Assembly: GCA_040954595.2 (NCBI GenBank) | Contig: CM082578.2 | Location: 8,355,519-8,419,518 of the forward strand | Source: Balanoglossus misakiensis | Taxonomy: Eukaryota > Animalia > Hemichordata | Direction of reading: 5' to 3' | Length of the DNA: 64,000 nucleotides | Part shown: positions 38,773 to 61,295 of the stretch, in pieces | Position numbering within the stretch: position 1 is the stretch's first letter | Layout: the number at the start of each line of letters is the position of its first letter | Made by a program: the position numbers and the translations under genes | The notes under the pieces: generated by a model | Database searches by the model: none | Told to the model about the DNA's origin: nothing | Seen by the model: only the letters and a program-made list of their open reading frames with translations

Positions 38773-41700
38773 ATGTCTTCTTACGGCCAACTTGAGACGG
38801 ACGATTCCTTTGACTTTCTTTTCAAAATAGTTCTCATAGGAGACGCGGGAGTAGGCAAAACATGTGTAGTGCAACGTTTCAAATCGGGGACATTCCTTGA
38901 AAAACAGCACAGTACGATCGGCGTTGATTTTACGATGAAGACATTACATATAGACGGGAAAAGAGTCAAGGTAAGGAAGGTTTTCACGTTTACTTCAGTG
39001 TAGTCTTCATCTTGAGTCCCCAGCTGATTGATTAATTCCTGGGAATAACATGACATGACACTGGAGTTAATAACAGTGGAGAACCCGGAAGTAATTGTCA
39101 CGCGTCTATTACTAATAACAGATAAATCATTTACGTGTTAATTTCGAAATTATTGGGTTTTCATGTCCAATAATAGCAGACTAACACTAGTTCATTCGGG
39201 GTCTTGGGGAGATTTTCAACGGTGTTTAAGAAACAAACAAACAAACTCCTTAAAATTGACGTATGTATTCTCAATGCTAGTAGTACAGGTGACGTGGTTG
39301 AATGTCTTTCTCGTAAAACCATGGACGTCCGGTCCATGGTGAAATGTGGGAACACAGGAAGTTCAGATGGTGGTGGTGTGTGTGTGATGTGCGTTACTTT
39401 ACAAATATCCGTTTTCAGATGAAGTCTCGATTTGACTGAAACTGCTCAGGCAAAACACATTCTTCCTGGTGACTTATGTTGTTCCCATTTCACATAGCAC
39501 TGGCTGGGTGACACACAAAGCTAAATGTAATCCACTCACTGCTAGCATGGGTTATTCAATGATTAGGTAAATTGGTTGAACAGCTGATACCGTGCCATGT
39601 TTCATGGCAGAGTTGTATTGATGGTGAATTTCTCAGGGTCATTCACTAAAAAACGCATGTATGATAAATGTGTCCTTTGTAAATCATACTCTGTCACTCA
39701 TAATTGACCACTTGACCCAGGGAAATGAAGGCCTTTTGCTTGTAATCTTTGGATCTGTCCTTGTGCCAAGTTCATGTACATCAAATTTCCTGGACAAGGT
39801 TGCTGTAATTGTAAATGTATCATAGATAATGTCAGTCATACATCTTGAACTGTCAGGAAATCCCACAAGGAACTCATCCTATTTAATGTACGTTTTATTC
39901 TTGCAAGCTGCTTATAGTTCTAGTGCTGGAGATGGCTCAGATGGCTTCAAGCAAACTGTGTTTGAATTGTTTTTTGTTTTTTTTCACTTTAGTGGCAGGT
40001 CATGTTTTTGACTGGGTTCAAGCCTGTGAGGATCATTGATACAGTGTTTGGACTGTGCAGTTTCACACATATCTAATATCCCATTTTGTTTGATTGGAAA
40101 CTGTTTGAATTTGATAGATGCAAGTGAAATGTGATACAGTGGAGTTTGCATAGTGCGGCTGGACATGATAACATTTAACTTCCTTCGTCCGATATCCTGG
40201 CAAACAGTTTCACATTGAACACAAAAGTGACAAAATCAATGAAAAATGTCTTGCACAGGAAATTCTGAGGCACCAGTAGGATCTAGAAAGTGTCTCTGTG
40301 TTCCTGTTGTCGTTTATAAAATACTAATGCAGCTTACATAAGAGAGAAACACATGCTCTCTGCAATGGATGTAACAGGGATGTTGATTGGCTCAGCTGTG
40401 GTCTTATAGGTACATGCATGTCTGCATACCAGTAACAAAGATTATATAATTATGTCACTAATTACTGTCCCTTTCCAGTCATTATGGCAGTCCAGTAACA
40501 GAAACAAACCTTGGGGAATTAATTAGCGTACACCCACATGCATCAGTAGCAATATCACAAATCTGATGATTTTGTGAGGAGCTAGTTTTTCTCTGTAATA
40601 AGGAAAACAAATACAAATTGTTTTTAAAAATGCTATTCACTTTGTCCATATGTTTAGCAACAATTATAAAAATGCCTGCAGGAACAGTCATTAGCCTTTG
40701 AAAGTGTTGGTGATTTCTGCCAGTATTTGTTTTGTTGGCTTTTGCAAATTAATATATAAACATGTTTACTTTGAATACAACCTGTGAAAACCAGCTTGTC
40801 ACCACTAACCCCCAACAATATTGACTTTTTTGTTTGCTGCAGCTACAAGTGTGGGACACAGCTGGACAAGAAAGGTTCCGCACGATAACACAGAGCTACT
40901 ACCGCAGTGCAAACGGTGTGATTATAGCGTACGACATAACCAAGAAAGAATCCTTCAACAATGTGCCGAGGTGGATGGAAGACGTGAAAAAATATGCGGG
41001 GGGAAATGTCATACAGATGTTAATAGGTGAGATTGTTTTGCGTTGAACTCTTCTGAGGATAAGCAAGGTTGCCTTGTTTTGATCAGAATTGTGGTTGATG
41101 TGTTTATTCGGGTATAAGTGTACACATTGATGTGTTTACAACTGCGTGTATCTCAATATTTCTCTTCCTATCCTGTGTACTTATTGTGCCAGTACAAGCA
41201 AGATAAAATTTGTTTTCTACCCAGCAGACATTTCATGTTTTGTTTAATGGGAAATATAAACAAAAAATTATGTATGATAATATAAGGTTATTCACAAAAT
41301 ACCGGGATTTATGTCTGAGTACATCGTGCAGCGCAGGTATTGTCCGAGACGCGCAGCGTCGAGGACAATACCGAAGCGTACGATGTACGAGGACATAAAT
41401 CCCGGTATTTTGTGAATAACCTTATTATTATACACCTTTTCCGGACGTCCTTGATGAACGATAAAGAATAAATAGGCCGCTATCGGACTTTCTAGTTTTC
41501 AGACGCAGCCATGATGTAATTTGCATATCGAACGCGCCTTCACCTCGCGCATCAGGTGATGCTAGTGTAGAGCTGCCTGTCTCGCGCGCGACGTTCTACG
41601 CTGCTGCTTGCGCTGAGCTCGTTCTGGAACTTGAAATGAACGCGCTCGCCTGTTCGTTCACAGATTGCTTCGACTGAAATTTCAGCGTGGATTTTGACTT

Positions 41701-42452
41701 ATTTCGCATCTTGGGTCACCAATAACTTTGTTTAATAACGGCTGTGTAATTTTTATATAAATTTTCGTCAGAGTAGGGTTAATATCATCATTGTTTACAT
41801 TGATCACCAGTCCGAGGACGCGGAGTCCCGTAACCCTGTGGGTTATGGGACTCCGCGTCCTCATTTGAATAATTATTGTACGGTGATACCGCGAATTATT
41901 GTATTACGGAACTCCATAGGTTACAGCAGTAGGTGTATAATAATAGCATTTATGTTTAGAATTATCGTCATGACATCCAATTGTCATTGAAATAAATCCT
42001 TGATTTCATTCTCTAGGATTAGGATGATCATGTTATACATGTACGTACATGTAGTCCTTCCATTGTGGAAGGACTGCGAGTTACATGTGTCTGAAAACAG
42101 CAGTAACATTAAAATGAAGGTTTATAATGTGAGAGGGGTGAGACAAGTGAATAAGGTAAACATCACTTTTATGTTCTTGCTATTTTTTCCCTCAGGTAAT
42201 AAATGTGATCTATCAGAACTTCGAGAAGTCCACTTTTCCGACGCCAAGGCCCTTGCGACGCACCATGCTATGTTGGAGTGCTTAGAGACGTCTGCCAAAG
42301 ATGCCAGCAATGTGGAAGAGGCATTTGTGAAAATGGCTAAAGAACTCAAGAAGAGGCACGGGGGCGGCAATTCGCTAGAAACAGGCAGCGATTCGCCCAA
42401 AATTTCACTAGATTCAAAAAGGGTCGATGGCAACTGGGGGTGCTGTAGTTAG
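38773..42452 (+). CDS. RAB43: Ras-related protein Rab-43 (Rab19/43 subfamily), 3 exons, 212 aa
   Basis: Exons 38773-38970, 40843-41026, 42196-42452. Motifs: [67 protein letters not shown], and C-terminal WGCCS prenylation motif. Confidence 0.93.
41282..41945. mobile_element. Non-autonomous DNA element with a long terminal hairpin and asymmetric inverted repeats, in Rab43 intron 2
   Basis: Perfect 34-bp arms at 41282-41315 and 41392-41425 with nested inner stems. TATTATTATACACCT (41423-41437) is the reverse complement of AGGTGTATAATAATA (41931-41945). A second hairpin lies at 41814-41862. Confidence 0.7.
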
Positions 42453-45400
42453 TTTAGAAGCATTGTGTCAGTCTGCGTTCACCTCTGCGGTACCTGCTAC
42501 CCCCCTGGATTTTGGATCAGCCCTGTATAATGAACTTTATTCCCCCAGTGGGCTGATTCATTTTACAGGGGGGAGGGTTAGGATTCAGAGGTGATGAACT
42601 GTGGTGACGTTTTGAAGGTTATCTTGGGGTGCTGGCTTTGTATAGAGGGGATGGGTTAACACAGGATGTCAGTCATAGAGTTGTATTGGGTGCAATTAAG
42701 TATCTGAAACGAAAAGTGTACAGTATTTGGGGGGAAACTGCAATTGAAGAATGGGAATCAGAATAAAATTCTTCACATTCGTGAACAAGTAACAGGGTTT
42801 TAAAATTCAAATCTTTTGCTGAATAAAGAACATGAATTGTCAATCATGATCTTGCAGATAATCCCAAAACATTATACCTTTTTTTGTCTATAATGGTCTC
42901 ATACCTCATCATATACATGAAATTCTTACTTTACTAACTCATTCTGTGGTACATCCACTGATCTCACCCACATAGTGACATTCAGTCGTCACATTATTTA
43001 TTCAGAAACAAAAATATATATGCCTTCAAAATCACACCATGTATGACTCTTTCACTTCAGTGTAATAATACTGTATGAATTCAATCTTTATATACTGTCC
43101 ACACAAAAAAGACAACACAGCAGAATAGTTTTAATGTCTGTTGAAGTGACGATGCTCATTGAAGTTTGAAGACTCTTAATACACAGAGTGGAGTTTGATC
43201 TTTTATTAATGGGGAAAAACAACATTTTCAATTTCCCTTTCACTCTTCCTCTATCGAATCAACAAGTTTCTTGTCCTGAAGGCAGTTATCAACACATTGT
43301 AAGGGTTAAACACACAGCCTTTGTATGTAGCCAACGCTGTGGACATTTACACTCATCCTATGGACGATATTGAAAAGCCAAATACTTTAGCATTTGAACA
43401 TGCAGTAGGGAGTGGAACAAGATGTGGTTGATGCACGCCACATATTATGTCAAACTAGTGCTATTTAACATGACGCACAGTATCTGGATGAAATTTTCTT
43501 ATATTAAATTAATCTTATTATTAATTGCCAGCATTACAAAATCAGTCGACATGTTGTGATTCGGATACAAGTGCAATGTTCAGCTGCTCTAATCTGCAGT
43601 TTCAGATAAAGAGAGCAAAAAGCATTGTTCAAGTAGGGGGGTCTAACTCCATTGTATATAAGGTCCATTATTATTATTTAACCCTTTCACCCTAGTTTCC
43701 CTCTTAAGAGGTCCAACTTTACTATAAAAACAATGGAGTTGGATCAAGGGTTAAAAGTCCTATATATCTCGATGAGAAAATGATATCCATATGTGTCTCT
43801 GTGTCAAATTATTGACAAATGTCAGCGCACTTTTTGTGTGGATACATGTACTCTTTACCACAACACAAAGAAGGCAAAAAAGCAAGGGTAAAAGTACATT
43901 GGCTTCAACTTTTGGTGGGAGTTTCAATGTTTTTTTTCTGTGTGTAAGTAATTATTTCATTTGCTTATCATGTTGGCCTATGGCCATACTTAGCATACAG
44001 TCAGTAAAGTGTATGTTGAGGTAATAATGTCAAGTTCACAAATGTAAAATTCAAGAATTGTACATATTTTGTAAACATCCCTATTGGCCGTAGGCACTGC
44101 ACAATGTAATGGTAGTTCTGTTGAGCCAGGCTATAGCAATTTACATGGAAGCAAAACTTACACAGCTAGTGTTACCGTATACACAACAAAAAATACTGAA
44201 AATTTGCCACGCAGTACGAGTTGCAGTGAGTGGGTTTCATAAGTGGAAAGGTCATTTACAGAACAAAGTTTTCATGAAGTCGCAGAGTTACGGTGAAATG
44301 ACAAGTGCAGTGTTTGTCATCCTCACTTTTGTCGTTGATCATTATTCTCTCGGACTGAAGTGATCAAGAAACACAGCTGCCATTCTATGCGAGACATAAT
44401 TGCCATGTACATAATTGTGTGTGTGTGGGTATATTGTATGTAAATTGGGAGAAGAAAAAGAAATTTGCTTGTGGAAGTTCCCTTGGTTTGAAGGTACAGG
44501 ATTTTATTTCAACAAGTTGGAATGGGATATAGCATACATGATCTGGGAGGTGTTTATACTTTTAGCAGTGTTGATGCGGACCATTTTCTTTCTTTTTAAT
44601 GACTGCTGCAGTGGTGGTAAATTTATGATGATTATTTATTTCACAGAAAAGTTTGCTTGTACACACTCAAACTTACTCCACGTATTGCTTTCAACATTGT
44701 GTTTATTATTTGTAGTTAGACTACTACAGAGAAGGCTGCCATCTTGGAATTATATTGCATCATGGGATATTAGACTAAACCATATTTGGGTTGTGTGCAA
44801 AAGTAACAAAGAGGTGCAGGAAATCTTGTCCATGCCTGCTGAAGCCCAGTATGTCTGTTTTGCATCACAATTTTCTGTTTATTTTATGTGATATATGTAT
44901 ATTTGTGTGTTCACGTTGTAAAGAGGGATTTATACCCCCACAGCAATGTCAGGGGTGCTGGCTTCACTCAAACTTCTTAAATCCAGACTGCGGTACAATA
45001 CAAATCCAAGATGGCGACACTTCTCTTTTTTTGTTACATTTTTAGCATACATGTATATTTTATTCAAATTTGTGTTCTTCTCAAGCCTTTTTGTTCCTTT
45101 CAAAATTGTGAATAAAGTTACATTGTCTTAATTTTTTATTGATGTATTTTTTCAGCGATGAGAATTGATCTGTTGTTGAAAGTAATTGAGAAAAAACACT
45201 ATAATTATTGAACTTTCTTTTTAGCTGTGAAGTGATGAATGCTGCCCTCTCCCTATCACATATTAGAATACGCCAGCAAACCTCACGCTTCGTCACTGGG
45301 TGGCGCTGTTTACCATGACGTGAAAAATAAGAACCAAGACAACCTTATTGTACAAGATAAATACATTTATTAAGAACGTCACATACATTCAATGTGAATG

Positions 45401-46243
45401 CACAGGTAGAATTTCAGGTTGAACTCGCACATACACTACCAGTGTCTTTGCATAAATGAAAATCTGTGAGATTGCACAAGACCTACTGAGACCTCGTTAG
45501 TTCCCAAGTCGAGGAGAGCACTATAATGAATATTTTTTTTCACAAAATGATCGACACTCCGGGGGTTCCTGAGTGAAGACCTTACATTGAATTCAGGACT
45601 GAGACACGCACTTATAATGCTGCACGTGCCACATTTCCAATCACAAAAAGTCAAAGTACGACATGGAAAAAATTCTCTTTTCTTTGAAGTCAGTTTGAGC
45701 TGACATGCCCATTGTTAATTAATACTAAATTAATTCTAATTTCTGAAAATTATGTTTACTTGTGATTTAGCGAGTTTTCCTATATTCCCATATTCCTATA
45801 CTCCAGTTCCAATTTCCCTTTCACAAGGGTACCAGCCCTTCACACTACAGAACCAATGTTGGTTAAAAATTACAATCGCAAACATTAACACGTGATGCAA
45901 CCACACTCTCATTCTACACCTGTGGCACTCTTTTAAGACACAAACATTAATATGTTTACTTTATTACCTAGCAATGATTTCAGAATTTTGGCAGCTCATT
46001 TTTGCAATATTTGCTAACATCACAGTATTCAAATGAGTAACAACACCCTGAGGCACAAGTACACAGTTTAAATTCTATCACAGGCCATAAGCCTTTTCAC
46101 TTGTCTTGAAGAAATTAACTTAATATGCCCAGAACACTATACTGAATGCCCATTGATGGTATTGAACACCTAATGCCAGATGTCCTGCATCATCATGATA
46201 CAAACATGTAATACCCACATATGATAAAAACTGATACAAACTC

Positions 46244-46448
46244 ATTAAAATTAGATGTAGCGTTAGGCGGTGCTTTTACATTTGCTCATTCTTGGCCGTT
46301 CTGTTTGGAAGGGGCCCGCACGCCCGAAATCAGCCAAGACAGAGAACAGAACAGCCAATACAAAGCCAAGAGGACATAACAGCCAAAGCCCTGAGAACAG
46401 AATAGCCACAACTATCACCAGTGCCTAATTCTACATCTGATTTTAATC
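46244..46448. repeat. Interspersed repeat (MITE-like), copy 2, with imperfect terminal inverted repeats
   Basis: ATTAAAATTAGATGTAG.. / ..CTACATCTGATTTTAAT termini; core homologous to 14533-14698. Confidence 0.65.
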
Positions 46449-48028
46449 AGACTGAAAAAACCTGACCAACCCATAAATTTTAGTACATTCATGTACTTGT
46501 GAATTTCAATTAATCAAAAAATTCTTTACATTTATACGTGTCCAAGCAAGTATTACTGGATATAGTCTATGTAAGCTGAAGAATGCTGAAATTTCAGATT
46601 TTGCAAATCAATTGTTCTAAGTATTATTTACATGGAAGTGATTGAACTACCACAGATTTATCGTAATGACTTTATACTTACACGGGTCAACATATTTGTT
46701 GGAATGTACCTCTTAGTAAAAGCACCCTGAATTTCAAAGAAAAAATGTTTGCCTTCACATAAATTATTGCTATGATGAACATGTGTTCATTACAAAATAC
46801 TACATCACATTGTAGGAATTTATGGTTTGACACCCCCCCCCCCCCCAATGACAATTCAACTGACATATATGAAGGAGACAACACCTGGCTGTTTGCATAA
46901 GCACTATAAAGTGAACTTTGACCGAGATCAAAGGTCACACAGCTGGCAAACAGCACATTCGCTTTCCTCCATTCGATTACAATGCCCGGCTACAAATTGG
47001 CAGGTATGTTACAATATTGTACTTCAATATTTCAGATTACAACCACAGAAATGGGTTAACATTACATGTGACGAATTTCAAACAAACCAACAAGCCGCTG
47101 ACATGCAGACCATGCAGTGCTGCTTTCCAAATGTCAAGCCATTCCTTTTCACAAATATCAATAGACGTGTAATGTTGAAGATGCCCTCAGTTATAATAGC
47201 ATGAGTGAAAGTCAAATGAAATTTACTGCCCTGAGCTATAACAAGTTATATCTACCAGTACATGTATTTCTATTCAGTGCACATGTGTGACACGTACCAC
47301 TACTCTGTGGGACTTTACACACTCACTGTACAAAAGAGTGTTTTTATGTCACCAGGCTTCTCCCACTGCTAGTGTAATCTATCACCAACTTGAGGTATAC
47401 ATAATGCATAAGCATATAAAATGCAACTCTTTTCAACAAATTATGTTCATGTAATTAATGAACACTCACAATTCCCATCCACATCTACCCACGCACTTCT
47501 TACATATTTTCTTGTGCCCTTTCACATCATTTACATTATATAGATTCAAATTTATCAGTTAAAACAATGAGATGAGAGATTAAAATAGGATTCACATCCT
47601 CGTGAGAACTGCAGGAGACAATCAGGCTTGAGATGAGAATGATCATATTTGTTTTTCATTGGGTGCCCACTCACCCATTTCACCCCTCCCACCCTGCACA
47701 TGGATGCAACCACAGAAATGAAAATAACGGGATGTACCACTAAAATGGGGGTACGAAGGATTAAACACGTTCTCTGCATTGACTGCCTATTGTGATAAAA
47801 ACATGGACCCCACACATGACCCATACAGCTCTGCCATCATCATACTCATAATTTACTACATGTACATGAGAAATAAATAAAAAATACAACAGATGAAATT
47901 TCTACATTGGTAAAATGTCACTGTGAGTACCTATCTAAAAACCTGCCGTTGACCGCTGGATAAAAACTTTCTCACACCTGAAGAGTTCGATGAAACTAGA
48001 TCTAGGAAACCTATGTTTAAAAAATACA

Positions 48029-55645
<7,617 letters not shown>

Positions 55646-56559
55646 TGCATCGGCCGCTCTGTCTGATCACCGGCAGAATCTCGACACGAAAGCAAATGAC
55701 CGGTGTATGAACGGTCGGCGAATCGGGGTGGGCGTGACCAATCAGCCAGCAGCAAATAATCACGTGGTATAATTTGAATAAATTAGCGACCATCTCCTGC
55801 ACGTACGTCGAGTCAGCTGATCAGATGTAAACATATCACCGGTACCGGCAGGATCTCATGCATGTGTACGAGCCCTTGTAAACAAGAGCGTTTTCAATCG
55901 TGAAGAACATAAAAGAAACAAGTTTACACGTAAAATCTCGAGATGAGCAGTGATAATAAATATAGCCTAATAAAAAATAAAAATAGCAGGCCAATCAGTC
56001 TTTTGGGGGAATGATTTACAATGCCACTTAGAAATAGAAATCCGGGTTGTGACATTGTGTTTTTATTGCACGATATGTTCCTTCTTGGCGTTTCCTCAGC
56101 ATCCCACCGTGTATGGTGGACGATAACAACGTTGAGGATGTGAAAAATAGTTCCGGATCCAACAATCCGGATTTTCACGTTTGGCCCACCCCATCTCGCC
56201 TATAATTGCTGCAGTAAATGGGAAACTGAGGAGGGGGGGGGGGGGGGGGTCTCTTCATATTCTCTCCACCTTTTCCAGATATAAATGGGTCGACCACCCC
56301 TAGAGAAAGTTAATTAACGATTGACTGGTAGTGCTTATTGTCACTGTTGCTTAGTTATGAGATAAACCACTGGGAATAAATAATTTAGTCTGCAGTAGAA
56401 TGAAATTTATAGTTCCTAGCTACATGTCCAATTGTTTCAAATCAGCACTGGACACTGCAGCGCAACAGATATCAGGACCAAAGTCCAATCTCACGTGACT
56501 ATTAACTATCCATCATTGATAGACTGGACAGATATGATAACAAGAGCAGGGGCTGGGCA

Positions 56560-56619
56560 GCTGTGATATATATAGTCATCATTGCCACGGCTGTGATATA
56601 TATAGTCATCATTGCCACG
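56560..56619. repeat. Perfect 30-bp tandem duplication
   Basis: GCTGTGATATATATAGTCATCATTGCCACG x2. Confidence 0.9.
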
Positions 56620-57895
56620 TGGTGACAAATAAAATAATAGTTACCACATACAGAAAGAAATAAATAGTTGATAATATGCAAATACACAAGTTACATTGCC
56701 TGTATGACCTAGCAGAGGTAGGTACAGCTGCACGGACAAGGGCTCACACACGCTGCGCGACACATAAATTTTAATGTCTGCCAATATATTTATAATGCAT
56801 AAGACTTAATCTTTTGTCAATGTTTGATCAAAACATTCTCATTAAAATTGGAACTTTGAATATTTCTAATACACAATACATGTCAGGAAGTATCAGAGCG
56901 GTAAAGTTCAGGCGAAACAATGACTCAATAATTGTGTAGAAACAATACTTTATTTAAGAAAAATCTTCATTAAGAAAAATCTACAAAGGCAAAAAAGAAG
57001 AAAACTATTTCAAAATATAAAATAACTCCATATACAATTACATTATATGAACAGATATTCAGTTTTAACTCTTCTTCTTTGAATTCATATCACAATTTGT
57101 AGTGTCAAATGAGATCTTACTTCTCAGTATCATACATGGCAATGCCTGAACGCTTGAAAAGTTATGTTGATAGAAATATGATCTATCCTGCATACAGTAA
57201 AGGGTAACTTTGAATCTCATGTCACCATGCCAATACAGTGCGGACCTGTTCCCAACTAATCCCATAATGCATTGTACAGAAATTTCAAAGTGTTTAATAA
57301 AAACATTGGATTGTACTGTGCAACATTTTGTTTCACATGATCATGTTTACAATATTTAATGATATCCAAATGCCTTATGTATTTTACATCAATTGGCAAT
57401 GAAATTGTATTATTTGGCTCCGCTGTGTATTGTATTATTCTTCTGTGAGTAGCCAGTAGGCATCACAATTAACTATTGAATTTGTATTTTACAAAATGTA
57501 TTTTCCGTTTGTTGGAGAAAACAGCCATTGCAATAGCAGCATACATGTATTCCTTGGAATGCTGATCGCTGATAGAAATATGAAACAAATTATGGCAGCC
57601 TAGATACACACTGCATTTATTTCTTTTCATGTACGAAATCATGATTCAGTGTTGTTAGACATCATTTGCAGCGTTAATGACTGCATGATACATCACACCA
57701 AAGCAGGAGTCCCTCTATTCTGTTGCTGGCAATGCTGTTATAATTAAATCTGGAACATTATTCAGAGATGACAAAGTGTCCGGATATGGCAGTGAGTGTG
57801 GAATATGAGACCACCTGTTTCCTGTCTTCTCTCATGACTTTGCTGATTGTTCAATATCACTCTGCACACAGAACCAGGTACATGTCACACAGTCA

Positions 57896-60800
57896 CTAAA
57901 GTCCCATCAGTGTCTTTGCTTCGTCGCTTTGCTGTATGAGTGATTCGCTGGCGTACTTTCCGAGCAACTCCATCTTCTTTCTCCGAAGAAGGGCCTCTTC
58001 AACCTGAGAACACATTAAGACAAAAGTCAATAATGAGAAATACCACAACGAGGACTATTTTAAATTTAGAACCTTCTGCCCACTCCAAATGGTAGCTACA
58101 CCTCTGCATTATAATTGGCAGTACCGGTACTTGACATGTTATCAGCATAGGACTAATCTCTGGCAATAAATGCTGATAATTGTCTTTCACATGCCTGTGT
58201 CTCTAAGTCTATGTGTGTACCTATCCACATCGCTCCAGAATCTACATGTATTTTATAGACAACAGCCATAAAATCACTCACATACATGAGCTACCGGTAA
58301 ATAAAATACACACACAAGATAACATGCTGATTGTAATACCTAGACTGGCCTCTGGCTGTGGTTTTGGACACCCGATGAAGCAAGTGCAACAACACTGCAT
58401 TGATACGATCGGAAAACCACACCCATGTCTTATCTGCAAACTTTGTCTCTTTGAGATGACTGAGCAAAATTGCCAAAACTCAGCATAACTTACCTCCTTC
58501 TGTGAAGGCACCGGTACATGTGCCACATATCTCGGCTGGCCTTCATCAATATCAACTTTTCTCCCTTCTTCATCCTCAGACTGCAAATAATGACAGTGAT
58601 TGGAGAAAAAATGTGAAGACCTGGGTTTCAATAAATGTTGGTGGATCATATGAAGGCATCTTCTCAAGCATCCCCCCCCCCTCCGGTTGACAAAAGGCTA
58701 AGCAAAAAGTGTGCCATACAGTCATTTGAAGACTTAGACCATTTTAACCATATATGGGCATATGTAAATTAGAGGTGATTCGATTGTATCCCTTCAAGAG
58801 CGTAGTCACACTCACATCTGGTTCTGGCTCCACTGCATAGATATCTTCTTCCTCTTCATCTTTCATTGTTGTATCTCCTGACATTGTGGCTTCTTTGTGC
58901 TCCTTCCATTCAGCAACTCTCTCCGAAATCACTGAGGCAAAAGGTAGTGAGAAAGTATATCAATGAGAAGTTCGAAGTTCACAATGCTTATTGTGTAGAA
59001 TGGGACATGAATTCCGATATCTGGATTTGGTGGGCACAAAAAGAAAGGGGTGGTTTTGCTGTTACAACTTTGTGCGTCAGAGAGCTTACTCCAATTATGA
59101 TACTTCTTACATTGCTTTTCATAATCCAATTCCAGTGGCACTAACAAACCGTCATCTTCGTCCCTGTAGCCATAGTAATCTGCATCTATGTTCTTCATCA
59201 GTTCTCCCCTCGTTTTCCTTGGTGGCGCTGGTGCTGAATGAGAAACACAAGACAAAGAAACGGTTGATTGCATACAGCAGCAACTAACTCTCCATCCATC
59301 TTAACAGTAATAACCACCAGTTTCAATGTAAGTAATTCATGCATACCTGAGAAATGATGAAAGACTTGCCAAAAATGACAGAATTTGGTACACCATTTAC
59401 CCATACCATGCAGTACTGTATAGCCATATCATGGCCATCATTCCTAGTATATTAAAACTTGCACTTCACAACTAACAGAACTCCAAATTAACGATAAACT
59501 TACGTTCTTGTTCAAAAAGTTCTCTAACACCCGGTAAATCTCTTGCTGCTCCAAAATATTTGTAGCCTCTGTTTCCTGGTACTTCTTTTCCTTCATGATC
59601 TAACATTTTAGGTCCAATTTTCTATGCCGGAAAGTCAAACGATATCGGTGTTACAGATTAGCTGGTGGACATGCACAGTTTTTACTTCATGAAAACCACA
59701 CGCAGTCACACAGAGATTGCCTAAATCTTCACTTTCCACCATAACCATGGTCACTTAACATAGGTGACTTTAAGAGGGGCCACTGAAAACAGAATACCAG
59801 GTAGTTCTGACACAGAAAAGACATGCAACAGTATGTCATAATGTTGACGTAGAGGGCGCATTTCTGACAAGAACTTGAAGATACTTACCGAGTAGTCTGG
59901 TCCACCAAGTTCAACTATCCTGATCTCCCAGTGACCCTTCTCTCGCAGCAATTTATTGATTTCATCATTCATATCCCTGATTTTAAACTCACCAAGTCCA
60001 GCTGTTTTAAATGAGAGTGTTGAAGAGGTTAATAACTAAAATAAATCACAATTAATATATCACCATGTGTATTTGGATTTCTTTGAAGAAAATATCTAAG
60101 GGTGTTTAACTCTCAAGAAATAATATAAAAATGACTATATGATATTCTTAAGAACAGGTCAGTACACCTCAAGAAACACACTAATTACTGAGTTTAAGAT
60201 GAGATCTCTGAGCTGACATTATTTACCATTCTGGATCTGAGCAACTTTTCTAGAAACTTCTCCAATAATTTGTCTTCGCCATTTCTCCGCTTTGTAAAGT
60301 TCGTCACATTCTGATGCTAGGTACGGTCTTCGCTCTCTTACTTTTCCTTCTGCCACTTGTGCTGCACGGAAACGTGCCAAAGTGGTCCTGTATTTTGGAT
60401 GACAAAGAAAATCAGAACCGTACTAGTTTTGCTGAAATTTAAAGGTGGTTTACAACATCAAGGAAAGGATCCATGGTGCATTTACAACTTGCAATACTTC
60501 AGGCAATAAAATTTGTTCCTGTAAGACAAAGACATTTGATACAAAATGAAATGAAGTCTCATGAAGTTGATAAATCTGTCAAAACACATTACCAACCCAA
60601 ATCAATCAATCAATCAGACTAACAAACAAACAAACAAACAAACAAACAAAAGTAAATAAAGCAATTAATTGTCCGGTACTTACATCGCCTTCTCTGCATT
60701 TCTTGCCTGGAATGAAAATAATGAAACGAAAGATTCAACAAACGCTGCAGACCAAATAGCACAATCGCACTCCCCTCTTCCATGACCATGGATCATTGGA

Positions 60801-61097
60801 TATATCTAGATACGTTTCTGTCGCCAGCAATTCTTCCCCGCGAGGTGTATGCCAGGGAAAGGTCCCTTTGAGCCTATTCTCTCTGGACAAATAGTTGGAG
60901 GGGTGAGAACTTGGGCACTTTGGTACATGATGTAGGTACAATGTCACTGTGTCACAATCTATTTCCACATGATCATAGAAGTTTTACACGTCAAACGGGC
61001 AATTCATGCTTAAGCGCAGCGTGGTAACTATCGTTACGATATATATTGAATGTTGTGACCATCGTCAGTATGACATGAGCAGTATACTACTTACCAT
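57896..61097 (-). CDS. ISY1: Pre-mRNA splicing factor ISY1, 9 coding exons, about 283 aa
   Basis: Exons 61097-61095 (ATG only), 60706-60684, 60387-60227, 60001-59889, 59621-59504, 59233-59111, 58931-58816, 58580-58494, 58003-57896. They give [118 protein letters not shown]. Confidence 0.95.
60600..60650. repeat. (AATC)n-(CAAA)n microsatellite
   Basis: Visible tandem units in ISY1 intron 2. Confidence 0.8.
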
Positions 61098-61295
61098 CTT
61101 GAAATGTTTTGGTAAAATCACACTAAAAAACACACACACTACGACGACTACGATAGCATGACGATTTTGGAGAGGACTCATGCAAGCCCGCTTATTATTC
61201 GTCAAAATTGACCCCAAGTAGGATAATTTCTCCAATCAGACTTCGGTTTACATAACCGGGTCATCGCGCAGCCGCATGGTGAAATAACTAACAAG
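61098..61295. promoter_or_regulatory. Bidirectional promoter shared by ISY1 and IMP4
   Basis: Only 198 bp separate the two divergent start codons. Confidence 0.75.

Noticed and set aside
44415-44891. 158-aa ORF downstream of Rab43
   Set aside because: Non-ATG start, AT-rich low-complexity translation and no motif; most likely 3'UTR or intergenic sequence.
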